Shown here: positions 30,800 through 41,125 of the stretch, in pieces
Position numbering within the stretch: position 1 is the first letter of the stretch
Layout: every line of letters begins with the position of its first letter
Virus record (IMG/VR): IMGVR_UViG_3300040801_001687
Location: 13,188-77,187 of that record
DNA from: a virus
Direction: 5' to 3' (one strand)
DNA: 64,000 bases
Position numbers and translations under genes: made by a program
Notes under the pieces: model-generated
Seen by the model: the letters and a program-made list of their open reading frames with translations, nothing else
What the model was told of the DNA's origin: nothing
Databases searched by the model: none

Positions 30800-30831
30800 C
30801 AAATAAAGATATAAATTTTCTAATTTCCAAA
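30800..30831 (-). promoter_or_regulatory. Bacteroidota-type host promoter for the sigma-like gene
   Basis: Minus strand reads TTTG-N20-TTTATTTG (one mismatch to TAnnTTTG); the spacer closely resembles the promoter at ~50580-50609. Confidence 0.55.
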
Positions 30832-30902
30832 TAATTTTTATAAAGTTATTGATTTTCAGTCAGTTATAAAGTTTTACTTTTATATATAAATAATATTAAA
30901 CC

Positions 30903-32321
30903 ATGAGTAATGATAAGTTTGATTTTGATATAGATTTTCAATGGCAAATAATAAAATATACTCTAAAAGATAAGTCAGGATATAAACTTCTTAGACTTTA
31001 TAAACACTCTTATTTTGAAATAGACGACCAACAAATTGTAGCCCATGCAATAGAGAGGTACTTTAGAAGAAAACAGTCAATTCCTAAATCAGCTTCTATT
31101 CTTAACCAAGAGATAAACCAATTATTTAGAACTAAAAACTATGCTAAATCCTTTCTACAACCTGATAGGGATAGAGTAAAAAGAAAAACTAAAAAATTAT
31201 ATAAGTCAGTTTTAAAAGATGCCGATGAAATTTATGAACAGTGTAAACTATTTGCATCTTATATAGAATTAAAGAAAACTTTGGAAGAGGTTGATTTAAA
31301 AGACTTCTCTAAATACTCGGGTTACTCTAAAAAAATACAGAAAGCAGTTAACATAGGAATGGAGCTTGATGATAAAAGGGGTAGCTTTATTGTATCCGGT
31401 GCAAAGACCCGAATTTTAGAAAGACATCAACAAGAAGAGACTATACCTACACCTTACCGTCAAATTAATAAACTCACTAATGCTAATGGTTATACTAAAG
31501 GAAGTATTATAGTTCTTGTAGATAAACCTAAGATGGGTAAAACCCTATCCATGGTCAATTTTGCAAGGGATTATATGAGCCGTAAGGGTAAGTATAAATC
31601 CAATAAAAAAGTTATCTACTTTGATTTAGAGAACGGTGAAACCTCAATAAATATAAGAATAGACCAAGGGGTTTTAAATAAATCTAAAAAAGATATCATA
31701 TCAGGCCAATATGATTCTCTATTAATAAAACAATATAGAAAATATAAGAGGCTTGGGGGTGAGATTTATGTTATAAGAATGCAAAATGGTTCTACTGTTA
31801 ATGATTTTCAAAAAGAACTAGACGACCTATATAATGAGTTTGGTTTAAAATTTGAAGTAGCAATAATTGATTACATCGGAATTATGGGTACCACTACTGG
31901 AAAGAAAGATGATAATGAGAGAATCAGTGATGCCTATTTAGATGTTAAGAACTGGGCTAAACAAAATGACTTAGATGCAGTTATAACGGGACACCATGTT
32001 AAAAGGGAGGGATACAAAAGAAGGTACACTAAATACAGAACAGAAGATTTAGCTAAGTGTATTGATATCGAAAGGCATGTAGACACTTTATATGGGATTC
32101 AACAAAACCCCGAAGAGTTTTCAAACAATATAATTAGATTAGAGACAATGGCCCAAAGAGATGGGTTAAACGGTAAAGCTTTATTCCATGTAAACCAATC
32201 ATATCAAAAAATAAAAGAATTTACTAAGGAGGAGATAGAAGCTTATGATGAGTTCTATAAGGATTACTCAGAGGATGAAGGAACTTCACCCAAAAGAAAA
32301 CCATCAGAAGATTTAGATTAA
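30903..32321 (+). CDS. dnaB: Replicative SF4 helicase (DnaB-like)
   Basis: KPKMGKT Walker A; YFDLE; IIDYIG. Confidence 0.88.
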   Translation: MSNDKFDFDIDFQWQIIKYTLKDKSGYKLLRLYKHSYFEIDDQQIVAHAIERYFRRKQSIPKSASILNQEINQLFRTKNYAKSFLQPDRDRVKRKTKKLYKSVLKDADEIYEQCKLFASYIELKKTLEEVDLKDFSKYSGYSKKIQKAVNIGMELDDKRGSFIVSGAKTRILERHQQEETIPTPYRQINKLTNANGYTKGSIIVLVDKPKMGKTLSMVNFARDYMSRKGKYKSNKKVIYFDLENGETSINIRIDQGVLNKSKKDIISGQYDSLLIKQYRKYKRLGGEIYVIRMQNGSTVNDFQKELDDLYNEFGLKFEVAIIDYIGIMGTTTGKKDDNERISDAYLDVKNWAKQNDLDAVITGHHVKREGYKRRYTKYRTEDLAKCIDIERHVDTLYGIQQNPEEFSNNIIRLETMAQRDGLNGKALFHVNQSYQKIKEFTKEEIEAYDEFYKDYSEDEGTSPKRKPSEDLD

Positions 32322-32322
32322 T

Positions 32323-33300
32323 ATGAAGGCATTTCAAAGAGAGACTACCGAGAAACTTACTACATACTTTATTGAGAAGCTAGAGTGTACTCCAGCATCT
32401 ACAGGTTGGCTTAGAAGAGGTACTTGCCCCTCTTGTGAAGAGAGTATGAAGTTTGGAGTTAACCTTTGGCTTAATAGAACAAATTGTTTTAAATGTGGTT
32501 ATCATCCAAAGCCCATAAACCTTCTCATGGATTTAGAAGGTTTAGAAACAATGCCCGCCTTCTATAATTTTATAGGTACTTTTGAATCCACTGATGTATT
32601 AGATAAACCTGTAGAGCTTCTACAACAGAAGTTTGGAAAATTACCGGAGAGTTATAAGCTTATAATATTTGGGGAATCGACATTCGGTAAGTTAGCTAGA
32701 AAATACATGAAAGGTAGGGGGTATGATATAGATGAACTTGCTTTAAAAGGAGTAGGTTATTGTACTAAGGGGCCCTATAAGGGTAGAATAATAACTCCTT
32801 TTTATGAAAACGGTAGAGTGGTATATTTTAATGCAAGAAAATTTATAGATGTAGGAGAGAAGCATAAAAACCCTTCAATTAATGAGTTTGGGGTTGGTAA
32901 ATCCTTATTAATATACAATGTGGATGCTTTATGGTTATACAATAGGACCTATCTAGTTGAATCCGCCACTAATGCTTTAACATTAGGGGATAGAGCAATA
33001 GCTACTGGGGGTAAAAAATTATCAAATTATCAGGTATCTAAAATAATAAAATCCCCATGTAAAGAAGTTAGTATAGTTTTAGATAAAGATGCCTGGTGGG
33101 AAGCATTACAATTAGGTTTAAAGTTATCACCCCATAAAAGGGTTAGGTTAATAGAGATGCCTGATGATAGAGATGTAAACGAGTTAGGAAAAAAGAAAAG
33201 CCTTAAGTTAATTAAGAAATCAAAAGTATTATCTTATAAAGAGATATATAAACTATTTATTAATACGGAAAAACCCGAACATTATTTACCTACAGTATGA
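32323..33300 (+). CDS. dnaG: DNA primase (zinc ribbon plus TOPRIM)
   Basis: CPSC...CFKC; YLVES; VLDKDA; DVNE. Confidence 0.85.
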   Translation: MKAFQRETTEKLTTYFIEKLECTPASTGWLRRGTCPSCEESMKFGVNLWLNRTNCFKCGYHPKPINLLMDLEGLETMPAFYNFIGTFESTDVLDKPVELLQQKFGKLPESYKLIIFGESTFGKLARKYMKGRGYDIDELALKGVGYCTKGPYKGRIITPFYENGRVVYFNARKFIDVGEKHKNPSINEFGVGKSLLIYNVDALWLYNRTYLVESATNALTLGDRAIATGGKKLSNYQVSKIIKSPCKEVSIVLDKDAWWEALQLGLKLSPHKRVRLIEMPDDRDVNELGKKKSLKLIKKSKVLSYKEIYKLFINTEKPEHYLPTV

Positions 33301-34142
33301 GGAAAGCATCAATACATATTACTTTAGATACTTTGGAATCCATATTAGATAAATGGTTCGACGGAGACACTGATACAGAAGCTCTAGTAGAGTTCATTGC
33401 TAAGAGTGGAAAGTCTAAATCACTTTCTCATAGATTGATACTAGACTCCTTAGATAAGAAAACTGAAAAGAAAGTAAAGAACACTTTAAAATACTCATCC
33501 AAATCGGACTCAGTTCTATTTGCTAACACCTTAATAAATGTTAGAAGAAAACTAAAACATAGGGGTATATCCTTAATAAAGGAATCTTCTAAAGATTGGG
33601 AATTTATAAGGCAGGGTTCAGAATTAGCATTCTCATTCTGTAAAGATTTTAACCTTTCTAAAAAAGAAGGTTTTAAAGTTTATATAGAGAATGCCTTAAG
33701 GTTAATGGTTAGATTTAACCTTAGACAATTAAACTCTAAACATGAACAGATATGTGAAAGATATGAGGCTATGGATAATATGACCAATGACCCTAATAAA
33801 GAAATAACTGAAAAGGCCTATGAAGTTTATATAGAAAGAGTTTATTCTAAAACTGGTATGGCCCCTAAATATAAAGAGAAACAGCCAGAGAAATATTTAA
33901 ACTTTATAAAAGTAGGAGCAACATGTAAGGAGTTGGGTATTAACCCAAAGGATTTTATAGTAGGTAACTTTGAATCTTTAGAATGGACCTCTTCAATCCC
34001 TATGCCTGAACAACTGGTTACAGATAATGCGGTTAACAGAGTTATCAAATGGGCTGCTGAAAATGAAGTAAGGATAGGTAAAACTTCTACTGTAGATAAA
34101 TCTAAATCATTACAAGATATACTTAAAAAAGCAAGGGGATGA
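33297..34142 (+). CDS. Hypothetical replication-module protein
   Basis: 281-aa ORF coupled by ATGA overlaps to primase and helicase. Confidence 0.6.
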   Translation: MRKASIHITLDTLESILDKWFDGDTDTEALVEFIAKSGKSKSLSHRLILDSLDKKTEKKVKNTLKYSSKSDSVLFANTLINVRRKLKHRGISLIKESSKDWEFIRQGSELAFSFCKDFNLSKKEGFKVYIENALRLMVRFNLRQLNSKHEQICERYEAMDNMTNDPNKEITEKAYEVYIERVYSKTGMAPKYKEKQPEKYLNFIKVGATCKELGINPKDFIVGNFESLEWTSSIPMPEQLVTDNAVNRVIKWAAENEVRIGKTSTVDKSKSLQDILKKARG

Positions 34143-35572
34143 GATTAATATTAGACAATAACCAATCGAAGATAGAGTGCACAGCTAAAGAACTTATTAA
34201 GATAAGGAAGTATAATATGTTTTCTTTTAAATCACCAGGTGCTTTCTTCTCTACAGCATTTAGGAAAAGACACTGGGATGGTATGATAAGATTTGTTACA
34301 GAAAATGGTTATATTCCTACAGGTAAGGTTCCCCAACTATTAGAGTATGTAGATGAAAAAATGGATTCCAGTATTGATATAATTGATACTAGAGAAGATG
34401 TAAAGGTAAGAAAAAAGGTACCCAATAAATTAAAAGATTTAACTTTAAGACCTAACCAAAGAAACTTAATAAAACAAATAGTTGATAATAAGTTAGATGA
34501 TGGTACTCCATTTCCAAGGGGTATACTTAAAGCTGCAACCAATGCGGGTAAAACTTTAGTATCTGCTGGAATATATAAAACTATAAAAGAGCCTACTTTA
34601 TTTTTAATTAATTCAAAGGACTTATTTCAAGAAGCCCTAATGGAATTACCCAAGTACATGGACGGGGATGAGTTTGGTTGGATAAGTTCTGATAAGGGTA
34701 TAAAGTGGGCTCCCTTTATGATAGTAATGGTAAAGACTGGGCTTAATAAGATAGATGAAATCCATAATGATATAGCTAAATATAGAGTTCTTTTAGTTGA
34801 TGAGTGTGATTTATCTACTTCTGATACCTATAAAAACTTTATCAAATATACCTACAGATGTTATTGGAAAATAGGAATGTCGGGTTCAGCCCTTGTGGAT
34901 AAAAGAAAATCCAAACTACAAAAGAATGAAACTATAAGGGCTCAATTCGGTGAAGTACTAGGAGAGATAACAAACAAAGAGCAAATAGATAAAGGTTATT
35001 CAGCTAAGGTAATTGTAAATATTTGGAAAGGAAATACCGAGGTTAAAATAAAAGGTGACTTTCCACAAGAATATTTAAGGGGTATAATTGAGAGTCCCGA
35101 AAGAAATAAAAAAGTTATAAAGAGATTAAAGACTCATATAAGGAAGCAGAGATTACCCATCCTAATTCTAGTAAAGAATCATGCTCATATAAAGAAGTTA
35201 TTTCCAAAGATAGAAAAAGTTGCTAGAAAGAATGGATTAAAAGCCGACTGGGTTCACCATAAAAAGAAAGGAAGATTCGATATATCTAAGAAATTTAAGG
35301 ATGGTAACTTAGATATACTTTTGGGTTCTTATATTTTAAAGAGGGGTAAAAACTTTCCACTAATGAGGGCTTTAATAAATGCCTCTGGTGGAGACTCAAT
35401 GGAAAACACCTTACAAATACTGGGTAGAGCAACAAGGGCTCATGAATCAAAGACAAAAACATACCTAGATGATTTTCATGATGAAGGGGTCTATTTAAAA
35501 AGACATGCTAACAGAAGGTACAGAGTATATAGAGATGAAAAACTAAGGGTTATTAGAAGGTATAAAGATTAA
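34139..35572 (+). CDS. Superfamily 2 helicase (UvsW-like)
   Basis: LRPNQ, ATNAGKT, VDECD and QILGRATR motifs. Confidence 0.9.
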   Translation: MRLILDNNQSKIECTAKELIKIRKYNMFSFKSPGAFFSTAFRKRHWDGMIRFVTENGYIPTGKVPQLLEYVDEKMDSSIDIIDTREDVKVRKKVPNKLKDLTLRPNQRNLIKQIVDNKLDDGTPFPRGILKAATNAGKTLVSAGIYKTIKEPTLFLINSKDLFQEALMELPKYMDGDEFGWISSDKGIKWAPFMIVMVKTGLNKIDEIHNDIAKYRVLLVDECDLSTSDTYKNFIKYTYRCYWKIGMSGSALVDKRKSKLQKNETIRAQFGEVLGEITNKEQIDKGYSAKVIVNIWKGNTEVKIKGDFPQEYLRGIIESPERNKKVIKRLKTHIRKQRLPILILVKNHAHIKKLFPKIEKVARKNGLKADWVHHKKKGRFDISKKFKDGNLDILLGSYILKRGKNFPLMRALINASGGDSMENTLQILGRATRAHESKTKTYLDDFHDEGVYLKRHANRRYRVYRDEKLRVIRRYKD

Positions 35573-35588
35573 ACTATTATCAGATATG
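35573..35588 (+). promoter_or_regulatory. ACTATT-N7-ATG candidate phage (middle) promoter
   Basis: ACTATTATCAGATATG; 15/16 identical to 41739-41754; same spacing at 38442. Confidence 0.5.
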
Positions 35589-36050
35589 AAAAGAAAAGCG
35601 AGAGATAAAGAAGTAAAAAATAAACATGATGTTTCCAAACCTATATCTATTGATATATTCGGAACAGAGGACGACCCCTGTTTCGGAAAACACTATTCTG
35701 AAAAAGCAGATGAGTGTAGTATGTGTGGAGATTCAGAATTATGTTTTATAATCAAATCTCAAAAACAACACAAGGTTAGAGAGTTTGAAGAAGAAGAGGC
35801 TAATTTTAAAGATTTGGAAGAGCCTTTCTTTAATCTAGTTAAGCTAGAGGAATATTTAATTAAGAAACTAAAACCGAATAACAAATTGTTAATTACTTCA
35901 GTTTACTCTAAAGTGAATAAAAGATTTAATAAATTGGGTCAAGTTTCAAAGAAAGAAGTTAAGTCTGCTGTATTAAAGGTAGTTAAGAACTCTAAAAAAA
36001 TAGTACTTTACAAAAATAGAGGAGTTAGAAAAATAAAACTTAAACAATGA
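35586..36050 (+). CDS. Hypothetical protein with Cys cluster (possible Zn-binding)
   Basis: PCFGKHY...ECSMCGDSELC. Confidence 0.6.
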   Translation: MKRKARDKEVKNKHDVSKPISIDIFGTEDDPCFGKHYSEKADECSMCGDSELCFIIKSQKQHKVREFEEEEANFKDLEEPFFNLVKLEEYLIKKLKPNNKLLITSVYSKVNKRFNKLGQVSKKEVKSAVLKVVKNSKKIVLYKNRGVRKIKLKQ

Positions 36051-36742
36051 GAAAACAAGATTATTTTCAAAAAGGAGAGATTACTAATGCTATTATAGAG
36101 TTATCTAAAATAAGGGTATACCAAGAAGGTAACTTAAATAGTGAGCTACGGCTTATATTAGAGGCCTTTATAAAAAAGTCAGTAAAATTTAATAACACTT
36201 ACCAAGAAGCTATTGAATTTATTAATAGTGTTAATTTTCTTGAACTGGAGAATCAGGTTAAGGTATTTAATAAGATAAAACAATTAAACCTTCAATTTAA
36301 AGCTATTATTATAGATTTATTTTCAATATTCGGTTTAACTAATAAGAACTCTGATGATTTAATAATACCTATTAAAAAACACCTAGATGGTGCAGGTATA
36401 ACTTCAACATTCTACTTCCCAGGTGATGTATTAAAAACAATGATAACCTATATTAATTACATCCAACTAAATGATGAGAGGACTAGGTTACCCAAAACAA
36501 AATTATATAAATTTGATGTGGGGGATGAACCTTTCGGATTTACTAGGTTAAGTGAAGAGGTGTTAATGATAAATAATGGTTTGTTTTTAGAAATAATTCA
36601 ATCAGTATACCTTATGATTGATAAGGAGGAGCAAGTTGTTTATAAAGAGGATTTAACTGCTGACCTATTATTTAGAATTTCAGAATTTTTAAGCTTTAAT
36701 GATTTTGATAATTTAAAACTTTATAACCTAATAAGGAAATGA
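36047..36742 (+). CDS. Hypothetical all-alpha protein, possibly a degenerate dimeric dUTPase/NTP-pyrophosphatase
   Basis: Helical character and position before the TS-like pair; no intact EExxD motif, so the function call is weak. Confidence 0.3.
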   Translation: MRKQDYFQKGEITNAIIELSKIRVYQEGNLNSELRLILEAFIKKSVKFNNTYQEAIEFINSVNFLELENQVKVFNKIKQLNLQFKAIIIDLFSIFGLTNKNSDDLIIPIKKHLDGAGITSTFYFPGDVLKTMITYINYIQLNDERTRLPKTKLYKFDVGDEPFGFTRLSEEVLMINNGLFLEIIQSVYLMIDKEEQVVYKEDLTADLLFRISEFLSFNDFDNLKLYNLIRK

Positions 36743-37662
36743 ATAAAATTACAGACAGTGATTCAGGAATAGTAACCACATTAAAATACCCTAATCTACA
36801 AAAAGGTTGGGAGGGTATTAATGAATTTCTATTTTTAGAGGCTGATAGAATAGCTGAAAATTCAGGGGGAGTCCATGGACCAGAGATGGTATCCTATAAT
36901 AATTTTGTAGTTATGGATAAAGCTTGGGTAGACCCTGAGTTTAATTTCGGAAAGGTATTAGGGTATTCAATAGCTAAATGGTCAGCCTTAGTAAATAATT
37001 ATGTAGACTTTTATTACCTTGATTTATTAAGAGCTGAAATAAGCAGAAGAGTTAAATCAAAAGCAAGAGCCTATAACTATACTTACCACTTTGATAATAA
37101 ACATGGGGGAGGTAAAGACTGCTTAGTTGCAATCACTTTTACAAAAAGGATGTTCTCAAGGCGACCAGTTGTAGTATTTCAAATAAGAACTTCTGAAGTA
37201 ACTAAAAGGTTACTCTTTGATTTCTTACTAGTACAGAGGATAACAGAGTATATTTATGGACATAATGATGTGGAAGTGCACTTTTTTGCTCCATCCTATT
37301 ATGTTACACGGGAATCATTTGTAATGTATAATAATGTAAAATCAATAAAGAAGCTTTACAAAAACCATATTAGGAAAAATGGTAAACCTTTACCTGATAA
37401 TCAGAAGTTTCAAAAGAAAGTAAAAGAAACCTTTAAAGAATACATGAACCACCCTGACCCCATGAGTGTAATGTATAGAGTTAACAGACGCTCAATGATG
37501 CAAATCCAAAAGGATGAAAATGGGGAACCTATATCAGGTGTTAAAGATTTATTTGCTAAGGATTTAAAACTTAGAGAAGAGAATGATAACTTACCTAAAG
37601 ATGTAATATCACCATCAAAGGTAAGGGGTTATAAAAGAATCCAAAAAAACAAAAAGAAATGA
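36739..37662 (+). CDS. Divergent thymidylate-synthase-fold protein A
   Basis: GKDCLVAITF (candidate catalytic Cys) and QIRTSEVTKRLLFD, which aligns with TS RSCDxxxGxxxN. Confidence 0.6.
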   Translation: MNKITDSDSGIVTTLKYPNLQKGWEGINEFLFLEADRIAENSGGVHGPEMVSYNNFVVMDKAWVDPEFNFGKVLGYSIAKWSALVNNYVDFYYLDLLRAEISRRVKSKARAYNYTYHFDNKHGGGKDCLVAITFTKRMFSRRPVVVFQIRTSEVTKRLLFDFLLVQRITEYIYGHNDVEVHFFAPSYYVTRESFVMYNNVKSIKKLYKNHIRKNGKPLPDNQKFQKKVKETFKEYMNHPDPMSVMYRVNRRSMMQIQKDENGEPISGVKDLFAKDLKLREENDNLPKDVISPSKVRGYKRIQKNKKK

Positions 37663-38429
37663 ATACTATAATAAAAAACCAACAGAAACAACTATACCAT
37701 GTTGGCCAAAAATACTCAGTAGAGAAATGGCAGGGGGTGGATTCACCTGATGATATGATTGAATTGTTAAACCAAAGGGTAGTTATAGATACTTCTTTAT
37801 TGAAAAATAAGTTAGAAGAGGAAATAAAACCCCACTTACCTTGGGCTGAACTTCAATTCCAAGAAAGGGTATCGGGTAAACCCTTAAACCCCGGTGAATC
37901 TTATAAAGAATGGCCTTTTTATAAACACAAAAAAGAGGATGATAAATTTAGAAATACAGAAGAAGGCCAATTCAGTCACACCTATATGGAGAGGTTTTGG
38001 CCAAAGCAAGCCCCCATGTTTAATGGTAGAATTAATGCAGATATAAATATAGGTATAAGGTATGGATATGGGGACCTTGATGATTTAATTCAACTACTAA
38101 TGGACCAACCCCATACAAGGCAAGCTTTCTTACCTATCTGGTTTCCCGAAGATTTAAAGGCATCAAATTTAGGTGATAGAGTTCCATGTTCATTGGGTTA
38201 TGATTTCATTATAAGAAACAATAGACTTCACATGGTTTATTATATGAGGTCATGCGATGCCCTTAGACATTTTAGAGATGATATTTATATAGCCATTAGG
38301 TTGATGCAATGGGTATGCCAAGAGTTAAATATGTTACATGACATAGATACTGGGATGTTCACTATGTATATTAAGAATTTCCACTGTTTCTATAAAGAAA
38401 GAGAAAGTTTACTATCAGATAAATTTTAA
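37659..38429 (+). CDS. Thymidylate-synthase-fold protein B (dCMP methyl/hydroxymethyl-transferase-like)
   Basis: HTRQAFLPIW, RVPCSLGY, MRSCDALRHFRDD and NFHCF motifs. Confidence 0.85.
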   Translation: MNTIIKNQQKQLYHVGQKYSVEKWQGVDSPDDMIELLNQRVVIDTSLLKNKLEEEIKPHLPWAELQFQERVSGKPLNPGESYKEWPFYKHKKEDDKFRNTEEGQFSHTYMERFWPKQAPMFNGRINADINIGIRYGYGDLDDLIQLLMDQPHTRQAFLPIWFPEDLKASNLGDRVPCSLGYDFIIRNNRLHMVYYMRSCDALRHFRDDIYIAIRLMQWVCQELNMLHDIDTGMFTMYIKNFHCFYKERESLLSDKF

Positions 38430-38454
38430 AAGGAGAGGTAGACTATTAAAAATT

Positions 38455-38895
38455 ATGGAAAGGATTAATAGAAACGAACTTAATTTAAGAATTGCCTACC
38501 TTATATCCCAAAGAGCTACTTGTCAAAGGTTGGGGGTGGGAGCAATAATCACTAGGGATAATCGAATAGTTGCAACGGGTTATAATGGACCGGTTAAAGG
38601 TTCTCCTCATTGCTCTATACTGGGATGTGATACTTCGGAACACTGCCAACATGCAGTTCATGCAGAAGCTAATGCAATTTATTTTGCAGCAAGGTATGGA
38701 GTATCACTTGAGGGGTGTACTTTATATGTAACCCATTCCCCTTGTAGAAAATGTGCAGAGGCTATAGTAAATGCAGGCATAGACTCAGTTATATATGATA
38801 TACAATTTAGGGACACCTCTTCACTTAAATTTTTAACAAGTAATGGGGTAGGAGTTTCACAACATATACTAAATAATAATGAAGAAAAGTTATAA
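38455..38895 (+). CDS. dCMP deaminase
   Basis: ATC.R..VGA, TGYNG, HAEANAI and SPCRKC motifs. Confidence 0.93.
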   Translation: MERINRNELNLRIAYLISQRATCQRLGVGAIITRDNRIVATGYNGPVKGSPHCSILGCDTSEHCQHAVHAEANAIYFAARYGVSLEGCTLYVTHSPCRKCAEAIVNAGIDSVIYDIQFRDTSSLKFLTSNGVGVSQHILNNNEEKL

Positions 38896-41107
38896 GATAG
38901 TTACAACTTTTGCTGAAATAGAAAATGTAATCAAATGGTGTCAGGAAACTAGATACTGTTCCTTTGATTATGAGACTAGAGCTCATGGACCTTTAGGACC
39001 TTCTTATAAAGGAAAGAATTCAGACAATCCCGCAGGGCCCCAATTTAAAGAAGATAAACCTACAATCCTAGGTATATCTTTTCAAATTGGGTTTGCTTAT
39101 GTAATACCCCTATTTCATTTAGAGTCACCTTTTTCTAATAGAGAGGTATTAAAGATATTCACGATGTTATCTCAAGGTATATTTGAGAATAAAGAAATAA
39201 TTAAGATAGCCCATAACTTTAAATTTGAATACAAATGGTCTACAAGATATGGTTGTAAATTCAATGGTAGAATATTTGATACCATGCTTGCTAAATATTT
39301 ATTAGATGAGGAAAGACCACATGGTCTAAAAGATTTAGTAGCTCTTAAATTTCCAGAGTATGCCGAATACGATGATGAGGTAGAGGAATGCGTAAAGAAA
39401 GGTGGGGGTTGGCATTCAGTTCCTTTAGATACTCTTTCTGAATACTGTGCATTAGATTGCGATATGACCTTAAGGCTAATGATTATACTTGAGGAGAAGC
39501 TAATGGATATGGGTTTTTATTTATTATTTAGAAACATGACTATGATGCAGACCAGGGTATTGGCTGAATCAGAAATTCAGGGTTTTATAATTGATAAGGA
39601 TTACTTATATGATTTGGAAGAGAAAGAGGCTAAGAAGATTGAGGAAACCGAAGAAGCTTTACAAGGGCATAAGAAAATTAGAAAATTCTTAAAACAAAGA
39701 AAGAAAGACCACATTAAAAAATTAATAGAGAATACTCAAGATGAGATTAGAAAGATAAGGTCAGGGGAAATTGAGTATGCTAATATAGATAGAGCAATAC
39801 AAAATAGGGAGGAGAAGGTTAGTAGATACCTAGCAGGAGAGCTAGTGACCAATAAAGAGAAAATTGAAGATAGAGTTAACTTTAATTCTACTCCTCAACT
39901 ACGAGAGTTATTATTTACATCTAAAGCAGGTTTTAAATTTGGTATAGTAAAATATACTTTAGATAAAAAGAAACAACCTACTGAAAACCCTTCAACTGAT
40001 GAAGATGTATTATTAGAACTTGAACTTAAAGATAAGTCGGGTTTTATATCTAACCTTTTAAAGCTTAGGGGTTTAAATAAGATTTATTCTACCTATATAA
40101 AAGGGCCAATGAAAAGGATAAACCATAAAGGTAGACTAAATACTGACTACCTTATACATGGAACGGTAACAGGAAGGCTATCATCAAAGAATCCAAATTT
40201 ACAAAACATTCCAAGAGGTACAACTTCTAATATAATCAAAAGGATGTTTATTCCACCTAAAGACCACCTTATTTTAGAAGTCGACTATGGACAGGCAGAA
40301 TTAAGGGTAGTGGCTGAAATATCAAATGATAAAACCATGATTGAATTATTTGATAAAGGCTATAATATTCACGTTGCTACTGCTTGTAAAGCTAATGATT
40401 GTATAGAAGATTATGACCATATAAAGAAGGTTGTACTAAAAGATGAAAACCATCCTGACAATTTATTTTGGACCAAACAAAAGAAAAGGGCTAAGGTTAT
40501 TAATTTTGGTATTATCTATGGACAGACACCTAAAATGCTTGCTGAATCACTATCATTACCTGGGGACCCGGTAACGGAAGAAGAGGCTAGACAATTTAGA
40601 GAGGAATGGTTGAACTTATACCCAGGTGTTAAGAGATGGTTTAAGAAACAAGAAAGGTTTTTAAAGAAACATGGATACGTTAAAAATATATTTGGAAGAA
40701 AGAGAAGGCTTCCAGGTATATGGGATTCTCAAATAGGAGTACAGAATAAGGCTATAAGGGATTGTATTAATGCTCCTATTCAGGGGGCTTCATCTGATAT
40801 GACCCAATTCTCATCTGTAGTTATAAGGGAGCAGGTTATAAAGAATGAAATTATAATGAGTGATTATGCTGAATTTAGAAACCAATTATACACAGTACAT
40901 GATTCACTAGGTTTTTACATACAACCTAAATATATACATACTGTAGTTCCCCAATTAAAGGCAATATGTGAGAATCCACAAACCCAAAAATACTTTGGAT
41001 TTCAAATGAAAAAAGTAAGAATGAAAGTATCAGCGGAGATAGGATTAAATTGGGGAGAATTAAAGGACTACAATAAGGAAGAAGATTACCAAAAATGGAT
41101 TAGTTAA
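38879..41107 (+). CDS. polA: Family A DNA polymerase with 3'-5' exonuclease
   Basis: FDYET, AHNFKFE, TGRLSSKNPNLQNIP, DYGQAELR, AKVINFGIIYG and VHDS motifs. Confidence 0.96.
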   Translation: MKKSYKIVTTFAEIENVIKWCQETRYCSFDYETRAHGPLGPSYKGKNSDNPAGPQFKEDKPTILGISFQIGFAYVIPLFHLESPFSNREVLKIFTMLSQGIFENKEIIKIAHNFKFEYKWSTRYGCKFNGRIFDTMLAKYLLDEERPHGLKDLVALKFPEYAEYDDEVEECVKKGGGWHSVPLDTLSEYCALDCDMTLRLMIILEEKLMDMGFYLLFRNMTMMQTRVLAESEIQGFIIDKDYLYDLEEKEAKKIEETEEALQGHKKIRKFLKQRKKDHIKKLIENTQDEIRKIRSGEIEYANIDRAIQNREEKVSRYLAGELVTNKEKIEDRVNFNSTPQLRELLFTSKAGFKFGIVKYTLDKKKQPTENPSTDEDVLLELELKDKSGFISNLLKLRGLNKIYSTYIKGPMKRINHKGRLNTDYLIHGTVTGRLSSKNPNLQNIPRGTTSNIIKRMFIPPKDHLILEVDYGQAELRVVAEISNDKTMIELFDKGYNIHVATACKANDCIEDYDHIKKVVLKDENHPDNLFWTKQKKRAKVINFGIIYGQTPKMLAESLSLPGDPVTEEEARQFREEWLNLYPGVKRWFKKQERFLKKHGYVKNIFGRKRRLPGIWDSQIGVQNKAIRDCINAPIQGASSDMTQFSSVVIREQVIKNEIIMSDYAEFRNQLYTVHDSLGFYIQPKYIHTVVPQLKAICENPQTQKYFGFQMKKVRMKVSAEIGLNWGELKDYNKEEDYQKWIS

Positions 41108-41125
41108 ACTTTAAACAATAGAAAA

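Noticed and set aside
37659-38429. Annotation as ordinary thyA
   Set aside because: Asp replaces the dUMP-specifying Asn, and the gene is paired with a second TS-fold gene.
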